From the NCBI GenBank assembly GCA_951406725.2, contig OX597815.1:43400001-43464000 (forward strand): a stretch of DNA of 64,000 nucleotides. The letters run 5' to 3'. The notes below the pieces were generated by a model. That model made no database searches and had not been told where the DNA came from. It saw nothing but the letters and a program-made list of their open reading frames with translations. This stretch comes from Octopus vulgaris (taxonomy: Eukaryota). Shown piece by piece: positions 28,056 through 42,396 of the stretch. Within the stretch, counting starts at the first letter, position 1; each line of letters starts with the position of its first letter. The position numbers and the translations under genes were made by a program.

Positions 28056-29608
28056 GGTTTATCTGGATTTGTATACGGATTTTGTACTTCGTCGAAAGAA
28101 ACAGAAAGTAAAAGTACGTAAAATGAAGTAGAATATTGCCTTTACGGAAAACGCGATTTCGATTTCCAAGAAGAGAGTTTTTTCACTGGAAAATATAGAG
28201 ATTTTTTTGTCTTTTTGTTTGCTTTTTGTTAAAATAGATAATTTCCGCGTGTGTTTGCAAATAAAACGATAATGTTAGTGTCTTTATGATGAAAATTCCA
28301 TGATGAAAATGAAGACAGTAAAAAGAACATATTTGAGCAGGTGGTATCTCTTAAATTGGATCAATATACATATTTCAAGTTAAGGATTCCTGAACTGAGG
28401 TAGGCAAATTTTTACTTAGCATTTTGTCTCAGATATTATCAATAGTACCAATAATACACCTGTCACTAAAAGTAAAGCAAAATACTCAAGACTTTAATGA
28501 TAGCAAACAGCTGAATTTGTTGAAGAAACTTATATCTGCTGCTAAGTGATAAGTGCTATAACATACATGGAGTATCTTGGATATGTTTTGATGCCAAATC
28601 TTGTTTGGCATTTCTTCTAATTTTCCAAGAACTCTTCACATGATTCGATATTTTATACGCATAGGTAGAAACATAAATACACACATACAGATACACTTTC
28701 ACTCACATACAAACACATATATTTGTGTAAATAATGAACAGGTTTTCTTTCAGACACGTTACATTAAAACATGACTATGATCATTTTTTGTATTTAGGAA
28801 AAATTCATTTTTTATGTTTGGTCTGGATCTACTACGTTCCCGAATCCAGTAATCTGCCGTTTCGTGTCTTTCCTAATCACATTTTAAGATTCGTATATTT
28901 TTAAGGGCATGTTATCCGCGCGTTCTGCGTTAAGCCGTAAAGGATAGTGGAGTAATTCTATCCAACAATAGGTTTTAACAAATAAGATAAGCCTCTTTTC
29001 AGGTGGTCGTTTGAACAAGTAATTTACATTAACAAGACATGGTCAGACAATTTTAAGGGCCATGGATAAAGAAATATCATGTTTGTAGTTTGATTCATAA
29101 TAATAATTGAATATATTTATTTTGAGACAAAGTTTCGATAGCAAGTCCATTATAGATTATATAATTCTTGCGGAGTTCACGAGTATGTTTCTTAGTTTGA
29201 CTTAAACCATTTGGGTGCATTTTATTGCACCTGTCCTATTAGACATAGCATGCATTTTTGTATCAATAAGATATAATATTCAACATAAATTTGGTTTTAT
29301 TACCTTCTTTTAGGTGAGATTGTTGAATATCCTTAAAATATACATACTATACAAGAATTCCATGTTAGTAATGAACCTCTGAATATGTAGAGGCAACAAA
29401 ATTAGATGCGACTCAACCCTTTGCATGTCAAAGGGTCTTTCATAACTTTGTTCTAGATGCCCATGCTTATTTTCAGACTTTAAGTTAGTCCTTATTTCAT
29501 ACATTCTGAGTAATATAAAACAAGTTACTCCGGAGTTTGAAAAATAACTAGAAGTGTGTATTATATGTGATGCTATATATTGTGCATTACACGTGATTCA
29601 CTGGGTTA

Positions 29609-29903
29609 AGGAGCACTCCGTCGGTTACGACGACGAGGGTCCCAGCTGATACGATCAACAGAACAGCTTGCTCGTGGAATTAACGTGCAAGTGACTGAGC
29701 AATCCACAGATACGAGTACCCTTAACGTAGTTCTCAGGGAGATTCAGCGTGACACAGAGTGTGACAAGGCCCAGCTGAGTGGACTGGAGCAACGTGAAAT
29801 AAAGTGTTTTGCTCAAGGACACAACGCATCGCCGGGAATCGAACTCACGACCTTACAATTGTCAGCCGAATGCCCTAACCACTAAGCCATGCGCCTTCAC
29901 TTA
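29609..29903 (-). mobile_element. Full-length tRNA-derived SINE family D with family C tail and 13-bp TSD
   Basis: TSD ATTCACTGGGTTA at 29596-29608 and 29904-29916. Head GTGAAGGCGCATGGCTTAGTGGTTAGGG...GTTCGATTCCC. Confidence 0.9.
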
Positions 29904-31646
29904 ATTCACTGGGTTACCTTGCAGAATAAATGAAGACACTGTAGCTAAGAAGTGAACTCTTTCTGTTCGGTTCTGGAAAGCATTTCTCTAAATATTAACC
30001 GTTGAGTTACCCGCTCACCTTTCGAATACAGTAATTTGTATTGCGTCAATGCTTATGGAACGAAATTGCGATACTTTAATGTCATTTAAAAAGAGAAATA
30101 TCGACACTATTATTAAAAATCCGCAATACAAATGCAAAATACGCAGATTGTATTTATTTATGCAAATATAATTAAATATTTGGTTAAATGCGTATTCGTT
30201 AATTCTTGAAAGATTACTTTTTCATTGAGATAGAACTCATTGAACTGATTATCAAACAACTATACTTCGTCAGTATGAAATTTAAGTTTATGTAATATGT
30301 ACTATACAAATTATAGCTACTACTTGATCATGTATATATAATTCAAATATATAGTTTTTATGGACGCAAAAACTGAACGAAACAAAACGGAGGTATCTTT
30401 TTGGTTGATAGCGGCACAAAAGATGGCACCCAAATATCCCTGAGACGATAACGCAGTCCTAGTTTGGAAGAAAACCTTTGATTATGAGTTGGACAAGGAA
30501 TTAAACAACACCGATATTAGGGCAAAATCAGAAAATGTGATATAAACACTTAATGTTTGTTATGGCTACGAATATTCCCACCCACCAACCTACCTAACTA
30601 ACTAACTAACAAACTATCAATCAATCTATTCATCCCTCCATCTGCCTGTCTGGCAGTCTGTCTATATGTTTGCTTCTTTCTACACACGCACAAACAGGCG
30701 CACATACACTGAAAAGCAAACGTTTATATACATACCCGTACATACACATACATATGACTATCATTGGAGAAACTGTATATGAAATAATAATTGTACATTT
30801 GTTGTTAACACTACACTTACCACATTGATTCCGAAAGCAGTAATGTGAAGAGACAATATGCGAGCACATAGCATAAGAAACGGGGTGGGATAGAGATACA
30901 CGAATACAGAGATACATTGATAGATATGTAAACAGAAAATAAGAATGCTTTCACCTTCCGTCCAAAGTAAATATCTTCACAGATGTACTTATAAACCAGT
31001 CTGTAAATATAATTTACTCTCAGCCATCATGCTCACCTCGACTCCTATCAATAGACACATGATATATAAACAGACTGGCATAATGTACAGATGTAAGCCA
31101 CTCTCTTTTCGTTTCCCCTCTGTAATCCATTCTGTATATCTATGTAATGGAAAGAGGGTAGAGAATGATACGGAGAAAGAGAGAGGGAGAAAGAGTGAGT
31201 GAGTGAGAGAGAGAGAGAGATCAAAAGTTTGCGGTCGTGCATGTGCGCGTATGTGTGAAAGAGAGAAATATTTATAGATTAAGATATAAACAAAGATTAA
31301 AGAAATATATGGAACTACATCAGTAAATGGGTATGTTTGTATGTGGAGTATTTAAACCAGTTCTGTATAGTTATGAGAGCACACATATTTTACGTATGTA
31401 TATGTGAGCATGTGCGTATGTGTGTGTATGATTGAATATGAGTGCGTGTGTATGTGCATATATACATGCAAGTATATAGACATATTTATATAACAACGTA
31501 AATAAATAGGAGCACATCAATAAATATATATTTATCTATCCATGTATCTGTATACACGCACACATACACACACACATATCCATACATATGTGTGTTTGTG
31601 AGTATGTAATAGAATGTAATTTGTACGTATACATGTACATATATCC

Positions 31647-31705
<59 letters not shown>

Positions 31706-31869
31706 TTATCGCCATACTAATATGGCATTCTTATAAAAATAAGAATAAAGCTGTCCGCTTATTAGCTCCATGAGGCCATCGCCTTAAGTTAGCTATTTGA
31801 TACACAAACTGTATCCATATAACCTTCGAACAAGGGAGGTCAGTCGCTCCACACTACTTGACCGGCAGG

Positions 31870-31907
31870 TACAGACGCGTTTCGGGATATTGCCCCTTTT
31901 CAATGCA
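31870..31907 (-). ncRNA. Hammerhead-like motif with variant core
   Basis: UGCA-UUGAAAA-GGGG CAAUAU CCC-GAAA-CGCG-UC^UGUA. All stems are present but the core is non-canonical. It lies in a module (about 31703-31975) between (TA)n tracts. Confidence 0.55.
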
Positions 31908-31977
31908 GCGTAGCCAGACCAGTAGGTGTCGCTTCTGACAATCTCATAGAGAGACTTAGTAATTTTAATATTTCTAT

Positions 31978-32034
<57 letters not shown>

Positions 32035-32387
32035 ATTTACACACACACATACCATCATATGCGTATAAAGACACTCACACATACATACATACATGTGTAG
32101 ACAAATTCAGCCTTTTGTACAAACAGATGCCTGTATATACGTATACAAACATGCATAAATGCATAGATGTAAGAATACACACAAATATACATAAACTCAT
32201 GAGCGTGGTCATGCGTTATAACCATCCAAACATAAATACATACTATCATAATTGTATTAATGTATACATCTTTGAAATTATACATACGCACACGCATGTA
32301 TATATACACCGTGCTTTATTAAAAAATACAAACATACATACGTATTGTATATGAGCATGCAAACATCCATCCATGCATACTGCTTAT

Positions 32388-32758
32388 GGAAGCACTCCGT
32401 TGGTTACGGCGATGAGGGTTCCGGTTGATCCGAATCAACGGAACAGCCTGCTCGTGAAATTAACGCGTAAGTGGCTGAGCACTCCACAGACACGTGTACC
32501 CTTAACGTAGTTCTCGGGGATATTCAGCGTGACACAGAGAGTGACAAGGCCGGCCCTTGAAATACAGGTACAACAGAAACAGGAAGTAAGAATGAGAGAA
32601 AGTTGTGGTGAAAGAGTACAGCAGGGATCACCACCATCCCCCGCCGGAGCCTCGTGGAGCTTTTAGGTGTTTTTGCTCAATAAACACTCACAACGCCCGG
32701 TCTGGGAATCGAAACCGCGAGTCCGCTGCCCTAACCACAGGGCCATTGCGCCTCCACT
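32388..32758 (-). mobile_element. Full-length SINE family C with 11-bp TSD
   Basis: TSD ATACTGCTTAT at 32377-32387 and 32759-32769, with a tRNA-like A/B-box head. Confidence 0.92.
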
Positions 32759-32809
32759 ATACTGCTTATATACTCGTATTAAACAAAGAATCAAAGATCC
32801 TTCCGAAGC

Positions 32810-34215
32810 TTTAGGCACATAACATCGATTTCCCGGATTCTGTGGCGTATGGTTTTTTCCCGCTGAACGGAACTCCAGTCTGTCGCCAGGTTCCTCATTT
32901 TTGCCGAGTGAGTAGACTGCAGCATCGTGAAAGGAAGTGTTTTGCTCAAGAGCGCAACTCATCGACTGGTTCAGGAATTGAAACCACATTCTTACGATCG
33001 TGAGTGAAATATCCTAAACCACCAATCCACACATGCATGCAGTTATACATTTATACTTACAGACGAACTTACAAATTTGCATACATGCATACATGTAGAC
33101 ATGCGTCCAGTCGTATATCCAGCCATGCATAAATACATACAAATATGGAGCCCGTTCGGTCATGAATGACCATGGGATTGCACCCTCCGAGGCACAAGTC
33201 CGGGCAAGGTTGTTTATGGAAGACCAGCAGTTGTCCATGCATATCCGCCTCCCCTATTCACATCAACAATCTTAACCAAGGGAAAGGTAAAGGACGATAC
33301 AGCTTGAACTAGAACAACGTCAGATAAAGAGTCTTGCTCAAGAATAGCCCCTCACTCCCCGGTCCGGGAATTGAACCCACAACTTCATGATTGAGAGCCC
33401 AACGCCCTGACCACTGAACCATACAAATATGAATGGATATATACACCTCTTATTTTTGTTTCAGTCATTAGACTGTAGCCATGCTGAGGCACCACCTTGG
33501 AGAATTTTTTGTCGAACAAGTCAACCCCAGTAATTACCGTTTCTATGTAAAGCCTGACGCTTATTCTATCGGTCCCTTCTGCCGAACCTCCAGATTACAG
33601 GGCCGTAAACACACCAGCCCCGGTTATCACGCGGTGGTGGGGGACAAAGACATACACAAACACACACTCAAATATATATTTGTATATATACGACGGGCTT
33701 CTTCTAGTTTGCGTCTATCAAATCTTTGGTCGGACCGAAGCTATAGTAAAAGACACTTGTCAAAGTATCTCGTAGTTGGACAGAACCCGGATCTTGTGGT
33801 TAGGAAGGAAACCTCTTAGCACACAGCCACGCACATACAGACATATATGCAGTCATTTATATATTCTTTGATGCCATGATATATACAAGAATATGAAGAT
33901 TCAGATGCATATCAGTGCCAAGTGGTGTTGTCTAAATCAACGAAAAATGCTTACTTCCTGGATTGGCAGTTTCTTTCTAATTTCAGAAATTAATCCATTT
34001 TACTCTAGGCATAAGGCCTGACATTTTTGATGAGAGGTGGGAGGCAGTCGACTACAGTGACCCCTATGCTCAACTGGTACTTATTTTATTGACTCCGAAA
34101 GGAAGACTGGTTAAGTCGACCACGGCGGAATTTGAACTCAGATCGTAAAGCCGGAAGAATTGCTAAGTAAGCATTTTGTCCGGCCTGCAAACGATTCTGC
34201 CAGCTCACCGTCTTA
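32810..34215 (-). mobile_element. Cluster of diverged SINEs (family D-like 32810-33025 and 33150-33420, family A 33450-33830, family B 33995-34215)
   Basis: Motif matches to other copies in the window. Confidence 0.7.
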
Positions 34216-35265
34216 ATAGTGAGGAATTATTGAAAATATAATCAGAACGACACGCGCGTGCGTACACACACAGTCATACATCCGTTTGAACCCGAATTTG
34301 GACCTGAAGATCTCCATTTCCAGCAACTTCGAGGGCCACCTCCCAGTGGTGTCGGGCGTCAACGAAGAGCCCTCGACTACAACAAGACGACCAAAGTTTT
34401 TTTTTTCCAAGGTCTGGGGTCTCCAGCCCCTAAACCCTAGACCATCACCTAATCACCTTTGCCAGTCTTGTTGATTAACAACAACACAGTTATACATACA
34501 CTCATACTCATATATATCCTACCAGTCACACACACACATATATGTGTGTATTAGTGTGTGTGTGTATGTATGCATGCATGAGTGTATGTGTGTGTGTGCA
34601 TGCATGTATGTATGTATGTATGTATGTATGTATGTATGTATGTATGTATGTATGTATGTATGTATGTATGTATGTGCGTGTGTATTTGTATGCGTGTGTG
34701 AGTGTGTGTTTGTATGTGTGTATTATACATATATATTCATACACGTACACATACATATATTTATGCCACACATCACACAGATTTCTATTTTCTTAATTCC
34801 GAATCTTGAAATCTAAGCATCGATAAACAATTTTCATAAAGCAAGGAAGTATCGTAGCAGCTCTATGAATTTTCACTAATCGGATTTCCTTAAACGGCCT
34901 ATCTGGTGCTTACACCTCGTAAAAGCATTTGTTGTTGTCCCTTGAAATATAGCATTTTAACGTCTTTCCCATCTTTACTTCCTAAGGACAGTAAAGTTCA
35001 CTCTTTTTCCTTCAATTTTTTTTTTTACATAAAATTCCTATTTGTTTATATACCCACTCCTTTCTATGTCCCTAGATACGATCAGGCATGCGAAATCTAG
35101 TACCACACACGCGCGCACATACTTAAGGGGTTGTGCACGCATACAGTCATATTCAATACATGTACATACACTACATATTCGCACTCACATACAATGCATA
35201 CACACGCAACAAATACACATATACAATGCTACAACATACACATATACCATATCTGAGGTAGATAG

Positions 35266-35363
<98 letters not shown>

Positions 35364-35553
35364 TAGATAGATTAGACAGACAGGCAGGCAAGCAGATGAT
35401 AGATAAATAGATAGACAATAGATAGATAAATTATTAGATAGATAGACTATTAAATAGATATATAGTTAGATAGATAGGTAGACAGATATATAGATAGATA
35501 AACAGACAGACATACAGAGAGATAGATAGATAGATATAGATAGATTAGATTGG

Positions 35554-35585
<32 letters not shown>

Positions 35586-35604
35586 TAGATAGATAGATAG
35601 ATAG

Positions 35605-35684
<80 letters not shown>

Positions 35685-35985
35685 GCAGGCAGATGAAATG
35701 GATACTGTTTCAGAATAAATCTACCATAAATTCATACGTTTATACCTCACCCATTTCAACAGTGAATGTTTATTAAAGACGTGGTTTTGCAACTTCAGAA
35801 TAATTAAGTTTATAAAGATTGCTGCAAAAAATGACAAGTGTCAAATACATAAGACTCGTTGTGAAACCCGTACACGCTATATATACATTAGTATATATAT
35901 AAACATACAGACACATATATATGTATGTATATATATATATGTGTGCGTGTATACATACATGCATATATATATATACATGCATAAA

Positions 35986-36022
<37 letters not shown>

Positions 36023-36599
36023 TGTATGTATAAATATATACATACATACATAGACATATATACATACATATACAAACATAGATATATATACATAAATACA
36101 TACAAGCATACATATATATATTTATGAGTGCGTGTGTGTGTGTATGTGTGTGCACGCGCGTAGACACACACATACGCACAATGAAAAGCTGAAGAGGTTT
36201 CGCACAAGTAAATTTATACTAAACAACAAAAGAAAGAAAATACTTTGTGAACTTTATCATAGGTAATGAAGAAAAATATTTCTATCAAATCTTGCTACCG
36301 GTTTCACAAACTTAAAATATGATTTAGTCATGAAGAAATACTATGGAAGAGAAAACGACTTGAAATATATCAATTTATCCTAATATCAGTTCTGGATGTT
36401 CACTTGCATACCAGTGTCATATTTTGTAAAATTGGAAATAGCTTCTTTCTTTTATCAACGATAAATTTCTGAAACTGCTTTGGCTTTCCTGTTATTATAT
36501 GTGAAAACGGATCTGCTCAGTGCACGACAAATTCACCGACCAGGCTGCCTTTATAAATTGCATTTAATCCGAGATCATTAATTAATTACCGAATACAAT

Positions 36600-37039
36600 G
36601 AAGGTGAGTGGTTTAGTGGTTAGGTCATCCTGCTCACGATCGGAAGTACGACCCCCGGCCTTATATTGTGTTTTTTAGCAAGACACTTCATTTCATGTTG
36701 CTTCAATTCACCCAGCTAGTATTTCAAAGGTCTAGCCTTGTCACATTCTGTGTCACGCTGAACCTCCTTGAAAACTACATTAAGGATACTCGTGTCTGTG
36801 GAGTGCTCAGCCACTTGCACGTTAATTTCACGAGCAGGCTTTTCCGTTGATCGGTTCAACAGTAATCCTCACCATCGTAACCGATAGAGTGCCAGTTACA
36901 GAAACATATGTAGCATGAAAGAATACCAAGTTCATGCCCACGTTTTATCTCGCATCATCGCATCATGCAATAATAAACAAATACATACACATTCGTACAT
37001 CCGCGCGCGCACACACACACACACATACACACACACGCA

Positions 37040-37072
<33 letters not shown>

Positions 37073-37235
37073 GCATACATATATACGACAGGCTTCTTTC
37101 ATTTTCCGCCCACCAAATCTACTCACAAGACTTTGGTCGGCCCGAGGCTATAGCAGAAGACACCTGCCAAGGTATCACGCAGTGGGACTCAATCCAGAAT
37201 CATGTAATTGAGAAGAAAGACCATATAGCCATACC
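36600..37235. mobile_element. Family D SINE with C tail (+, 36600-36895) and family A 5' half (-, 37080-37235)
   Basis: Similarity to 29609-29903 (inverted) and to family A. Confidence 0.75.
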
Positions 37236-37798
37236 TTTCAGATATGAAATAAAAGCAGCGCTAGTGTAATAAACTTTATCAACCGCATATACTTAATACA
37301 CAAAACGTATAAGCCACATCTATTTGCCGGTAGGCTGCGATTTGGTGTGGTGCGGAATACTCCCTCAAAGCGCTGGATGTTAAAAATACCTGAAAATCAT
37401 AGGAAGGTGAGATAACTCACCTTTAACCCCATCTGGGAGTGATGGACATTGATGTTTCGCGCAACCGAACTGTATCGGGGATGAATCACATCGCCAGTCA
37501 CGACTTATATGCACATAGCGTGCAAACTATGTGCAGGTATGCCTAGGTAATGCATACAAAAGAATAAATTCAAATATCAAATAGAAGCTATATGCCGATA
37601 ACAAGTAGTGAATTAACGGAGCCATTTGAGCGAGGGATTGAAATACCTTGCGATATTCGTTCAAGTACTTTGCTCTCAAATCCCACCTTGAAATCCCGTC
37701 GAGGTGAAATTTGTGTTTCATGTTTTCGAGGTTCATAAACTACCAAGTCTAGTACCTAGATTGATTCCTGTCTGTCTCGGTCACTCTCTCTCTGTCTT

Positions 37799-37869
<71 letters not shown>

Positions 37870-37884
37870 TTCTTTCTGATTTAA

Positions 37885-38102
37885 CCCATTAGCATTTAAA
37901 CCAGCCATATCAAGCCCAAATATTCTCTGTTTTATGTTCAAGCGAGCAAGATCCAGCTTTTAAAACCTACTCTGCTATGTCATCTTAAAAATAAACAAAA
38001 ACATCATTGAAATCTCGGAGCTATGACGTACCGCACGACTGATACAAAACAATATGAATAAATAAGCGTTACATATGACAAAGTAATCGGAAAACTAAAG
38101 GG
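37885..38102. mobile_element. piggyBac-type MITE
   Basis: TTAA on both sides (37881-37884 and 38103-38106). Termini are CCCATTAG... and ...CTAAAGGG. Confidence 0.8.
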
Positions 38103-38371
38103 TTAATGGTAAGCCTGTTCGTGAAATATTCTATCGCTTACACTTTAATTTCATGTGAAGAAATTCGTTGGTCGAACAACCTAATACTCACCACCGAGAC
38201 TGACGGAAAACCGACCATGTGCAGACATGATCAGTATTTCATTTTCATTATTAGTGGGTGAGAGATAACGATAAATATTTAGGTCGGTCTCTTCTCCCGC
38301 AATAAATCATAATTACGTCAGAAAAACGTCACTGAAAGGAACCATGAAATGTTTCACTTCGATAGTAAGAA

Positions 38372-38407
<36 letters not shown>

Positions 38408-39010
38408 ACACACGTGCGTATCTATACATAAATGTACACATACATATACACAGGCTATCGTAGATTTAGGTTATGTATACATATACGCACATAATACAAA
38501 CATGTTCGCATGTGTAGTAAGTTTGGATATATTTGTTAGTATATACAAAAAGTCACACACGGAGCATATATACACAGAGAAAGAGAGAGAGACAGAGAAA
38601 GATCACTGAGGACAGAGAGAGATGCCAAGGAGAACGAGAGGAGCAAGTAGTGATAAAGAAAAACAGAGATATAACAGAAAACGAAAGAGAGCAAATGGCA
38701 AGGGAGTGCCAGCTATTTGGCAGGGCTTTCCCCCTTTGAGAGTGGCTACGTCATTTACAAGGCCGTCGATGCCGGCGGTATTAACTTTAAAAGTGTGACT
38801 GTTCAGATCAGTTACTATTGTGATTCACATAATGTCATCAACTTCCGCGTCGACTAAGCTGACCTGCTTAGAAAAGCATACTGTGGGAAAAAAAGCCTAC
38901 TTTTCTTATATTTGAAGTACCTGATGCGTTTAAGGAATACATACACACACATACACATAAATACATACATACATACATACATACATACATACATACATAC
39001 ATACATACAT

Positions 39011-39071
<61 letters not shown>

Positions 39072-39113
39072 AGTATGTATATATATATATGTATATGTAT
39101 GTATATATATATG

Positions 39114-39162
<49 letters not shown>

Positions 39163-39163
39163 C

Positions 39164-39243
39164 ATCAGTTAATAATTAAGGGTACTAACAAGTAGTATCA
39201 TCATGCCGGTACTGCTTGTTAGTACCCTTAATTATTAATTGAT
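39164..39243 (+). repeat. 36-bp fold-back hairpin with 8-nt loop
   Basis: ATCAGTTAATAATTAAGGGTACTAACAAGTAGTATC / GGTACTGCTTGTTAGTACCCTTAATTATTAATTGAT. The three non-Watson-Crick positions are G-U on the plus strand. Confidence 0.9.
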
Positions 39244-40830
39244 AAGTTTTTTACTATTATGCGTTTTTTACGCATGCTAAGCCACTGATATTATTATAAA
39301 CAATACTATCTCACACACACACACATATATATATACACACACACATGCACACACACACACAGATATACACACACATATATATACATACATACGTATATAC
39401 ATACATGCCTACATACATACATACATATATACACATACTCATACAAGTATATGTGTGAGTGTGTGTGTGTGTATGGCTAAATGATAATATTTTTGTGGTT
39501 TAATGTAAAGGACTTCTTGTTGACCCGTCTGAGCACTTCATTACGGCTCTAGCAATTTATGATTATTCGCTAAATCAAACTGCTGGAAATACCCGGGAAC
39601 TAGAATATAATTCCTTGAATTCCCGATTCTATTTTTAGAGACAGAGAATGAAAGAGAGACGGAGAGAGAGAGAGACAGACAGACAGAGAGACAGACAGAG
39701 ACAGACAGACACACACACAGACAGACAAAGAGAAAGTGAGAGAGAGAGAGGAGAGAGAGAGTGAAAGTGAGGGAGAGAGGTAAAATAATAGACACACGTA
39801 CAAACAGTCTTGCATTCATAGCCATACACATAAATATAACAGATTAGAATTTATATAGAGTTTAAATGAATTTTGCTATCTGCTAAACTTAGGGTCATGA
39901 GTTTACACACAAACTGCTAAGCGTTACACGAAGACACACTAACACATAGATATATACCTATGCATATATATATATACGACGGACTTTCAGTTTCTGAATG
40001 TATTCACAAAGCTTTGGTCAACCAAGAGCTGCAGTAGAAGACACTTGCCCAACGTGCCACGCAGTGGGACTGAACTACAAGACCACATGGTTGGGAATCA
40101 TGCTCCTTGACAACACATCCACACCCGTGCCTAATTTATTGATGCTGAAGTAATTTTTTTTTAAAAACTGAATCTTTCTACACATATCGCTCGTTTCCTC
40201 TACAGAGTAATCTCTTAGATTCTTGTTTGGAAAAGAATTTTCTGATGTATTGTGAATGATATTTCTGGTAAAATATTTCGATTCAACTATGGTTGTGTTT
40301 ATTGACCCAGCATCGTAAGAAATGTCACTCACATAAATCTGAGAGGATTTGAATATCTATAGTTTCACTGAAATTCGACACACTGTGACCATATGAGTTT
40401 GTATATATCTGCATGAAATCAAATCGATCCTTGTGTAAGATCAGTTGATAATGCTTCACACTGTATCTTGTACTTAGTCAACTAGTTTCTATGAGGTCCG
40501 GTTATAGGTATTTTTCATTTTAGCATATTTATGCCTTAAATCATGCTTATATTTAGTTATTCAGTATAATACGTAACTCTAAAAAGTTGGCTTACAAATA
40601 CTCTTATAGAATCTTTCTTTTGAATATCTTATTAATGTAATGTAAACACGCACTCACACACGCATAAATATGCTTATACATCCATCCATCCATCCATCCA
40701 TCCATCCATCCATCCATCCATCCATCCATCCATCCATCCATCCATACATACATACATACATACATACATACATACATACATACATACATACATACATGTG
40801 TGTTTACATTAAAGAACGTACTGGAGTATT

Positions 40831-40898
<68 letters not shown>

Positions 40899-40989
40899 TA
40901 AATTAGTCTAAAGGAACAACCGCGTTCTATTATCGCAAAATATTTAAAATAAGAATATCTAGCTATGAGCTAATAAGGGATTATCTTAA

Positions 40990-41047
<58 letters not shown>

Positions 41048-41064
41048 ATATTTTATATATAACA

Positions 41065-41468
41065 TAGGCGTAGGAGTGGCTGTGTTTGTTATAAGTAGCT
41101 TGCTTACGAACCACATAGTTCTGGGTTCAGTCCCACTGCGTGGCACCTTGGGCAAGTGTCTTCTACTATAGCCTCGGGCCGAACAAAACCTTGTGAGTGG
41201 ATTTGGTAGACGGAAACTGAAAGCTCGCCGTATATATGTGTATATATATGTATGTGTATGTATATGTTTGTGTGTCTGTGTTTGTCCCCCAACATCGCTT
41301 GACAACCGATGCTGGTGTGTTTACGTCCCCGTAACTTAGCGGTTCGGCAAAAGAGACCGATAGAATAAGTACTAGGCCCACAAAGAATAAGTCATGGGGT
41401 CGATTTGCTCGACTAAAGGCGGTGCTCCAGCATGGCCAAAGTCAAATGACTGAAATAAGTAAAAGAGT
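41065..41468 (+). mobile_element. Full-length SINE family A
   Basis: AGGCGTAGGAGTGGCTGTG...GGTTCAGTCCC (B box)...CCTTGGGCAAGTG...internal (TA/TG)n...CTGAAATAAGTAAAAGAG. Confidence 0.92.
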
Positions 41469-41511
41469 ATATGTATATAGCTCTTCTCTCTATGCATACA
41501 CACAAACATAT

Positions 41512-41825
41512 TGTTGTAGTGAAAATGGTACACTCTTTCCCACGTTACAAAGTGGTATGATTGGGCCACTATAAAGTCAGACAGTCTGTCGTTGTAGGAG
41601 GTCAGTAGCAGCAGTGTTGGAGTCAGTGTCAGTTACGTTATATGTACGGGTTCGAGTTACCGTCAAGGTAAACGTTTCAAAGTTATTGTCTTGCAGCGCT
41701 ATCAGCGATAGCACGATTTACAAATCAAGATAAGACGAGGAACACCGCCACAATATATTAATGGAGACAAGACTATTACAGTGCCGACAACAACATACAA
41801 GTGGACGAGGATCCACATTATGACA
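41512..41825. mobile_element. Probable solo LTR (314 bp)
   Basis: Termini TGTTGTA...TATGACA, flanks CATAT/CAAAT (5-bp TSD with one mismatch), and a TATA-like CTATAAAG near 41569. Confidence 0.5.
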
Positions 41826-41862
41826 CAAATATATGTACATATATACATAATATATATATACA

Positions 41863-41915
<53 letters not shown>

Positions 41916-42046
41916 GCATATATACATGCTCATGGTGTCACGAAGTGGGGCTGAACCCGGAACCATGGAGTTAGGAAACAAGCTTCTTACCACACAGCCA
42001 TTCATATACGTATGTATGCATGTATGTATGCATATATATATACATG

Positions 42047-42126
<80 letters not shown>

Positions 42127-42252
42127 TAAATTAGAGACAAAACCACTATTAGGCAAATCAAACAATGAAAAACTTAATCCAATACATAATATTATTTAAT
42201 CTATATTATTTAAATATATAACAAAATTATTAAAAAAATATAATTAATATCA

Positions 42253-42316
42253 CACTACGATCGTTTCATGCCTGCTAACATCTTCACATTTTTGAGTCGC
42301 AGTCATTCATCAGGTG
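42253..42316 (-). ncRNA. Type I hammerhead ribozyme, canonical core
   Basis: CAC-CUGAUGA-AUG a CUGC...GCAG g CAU-GAAA-CGAUCG-UA^GUG, in a module (about 42122-42400) bounded by (TA)n. Confidence 0.75.
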
Positions 42317-42396
42317 GTTTAAATATTTACTATAAAATTGGATTCAATCCTAAATCTCATTTTTCCCTGTAAGTTTAGATTTATTCCCTAATATTT

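Noticed and set aside
37389-37420. Apparent minus-strand GTGAGT...TTTTCAG intron
   Set aside because: It is only 31 nt long, and the donor is part of the short palindrome AAGGTGAG ATAA CTCACCTT. I recognise no supporting coding frame.
40075-40332. 85-aa ORF vaguely like a zinc-finger linker region
   Set aside because: It has no C2H2 spacing and the ORF ends in a SINE fragment.
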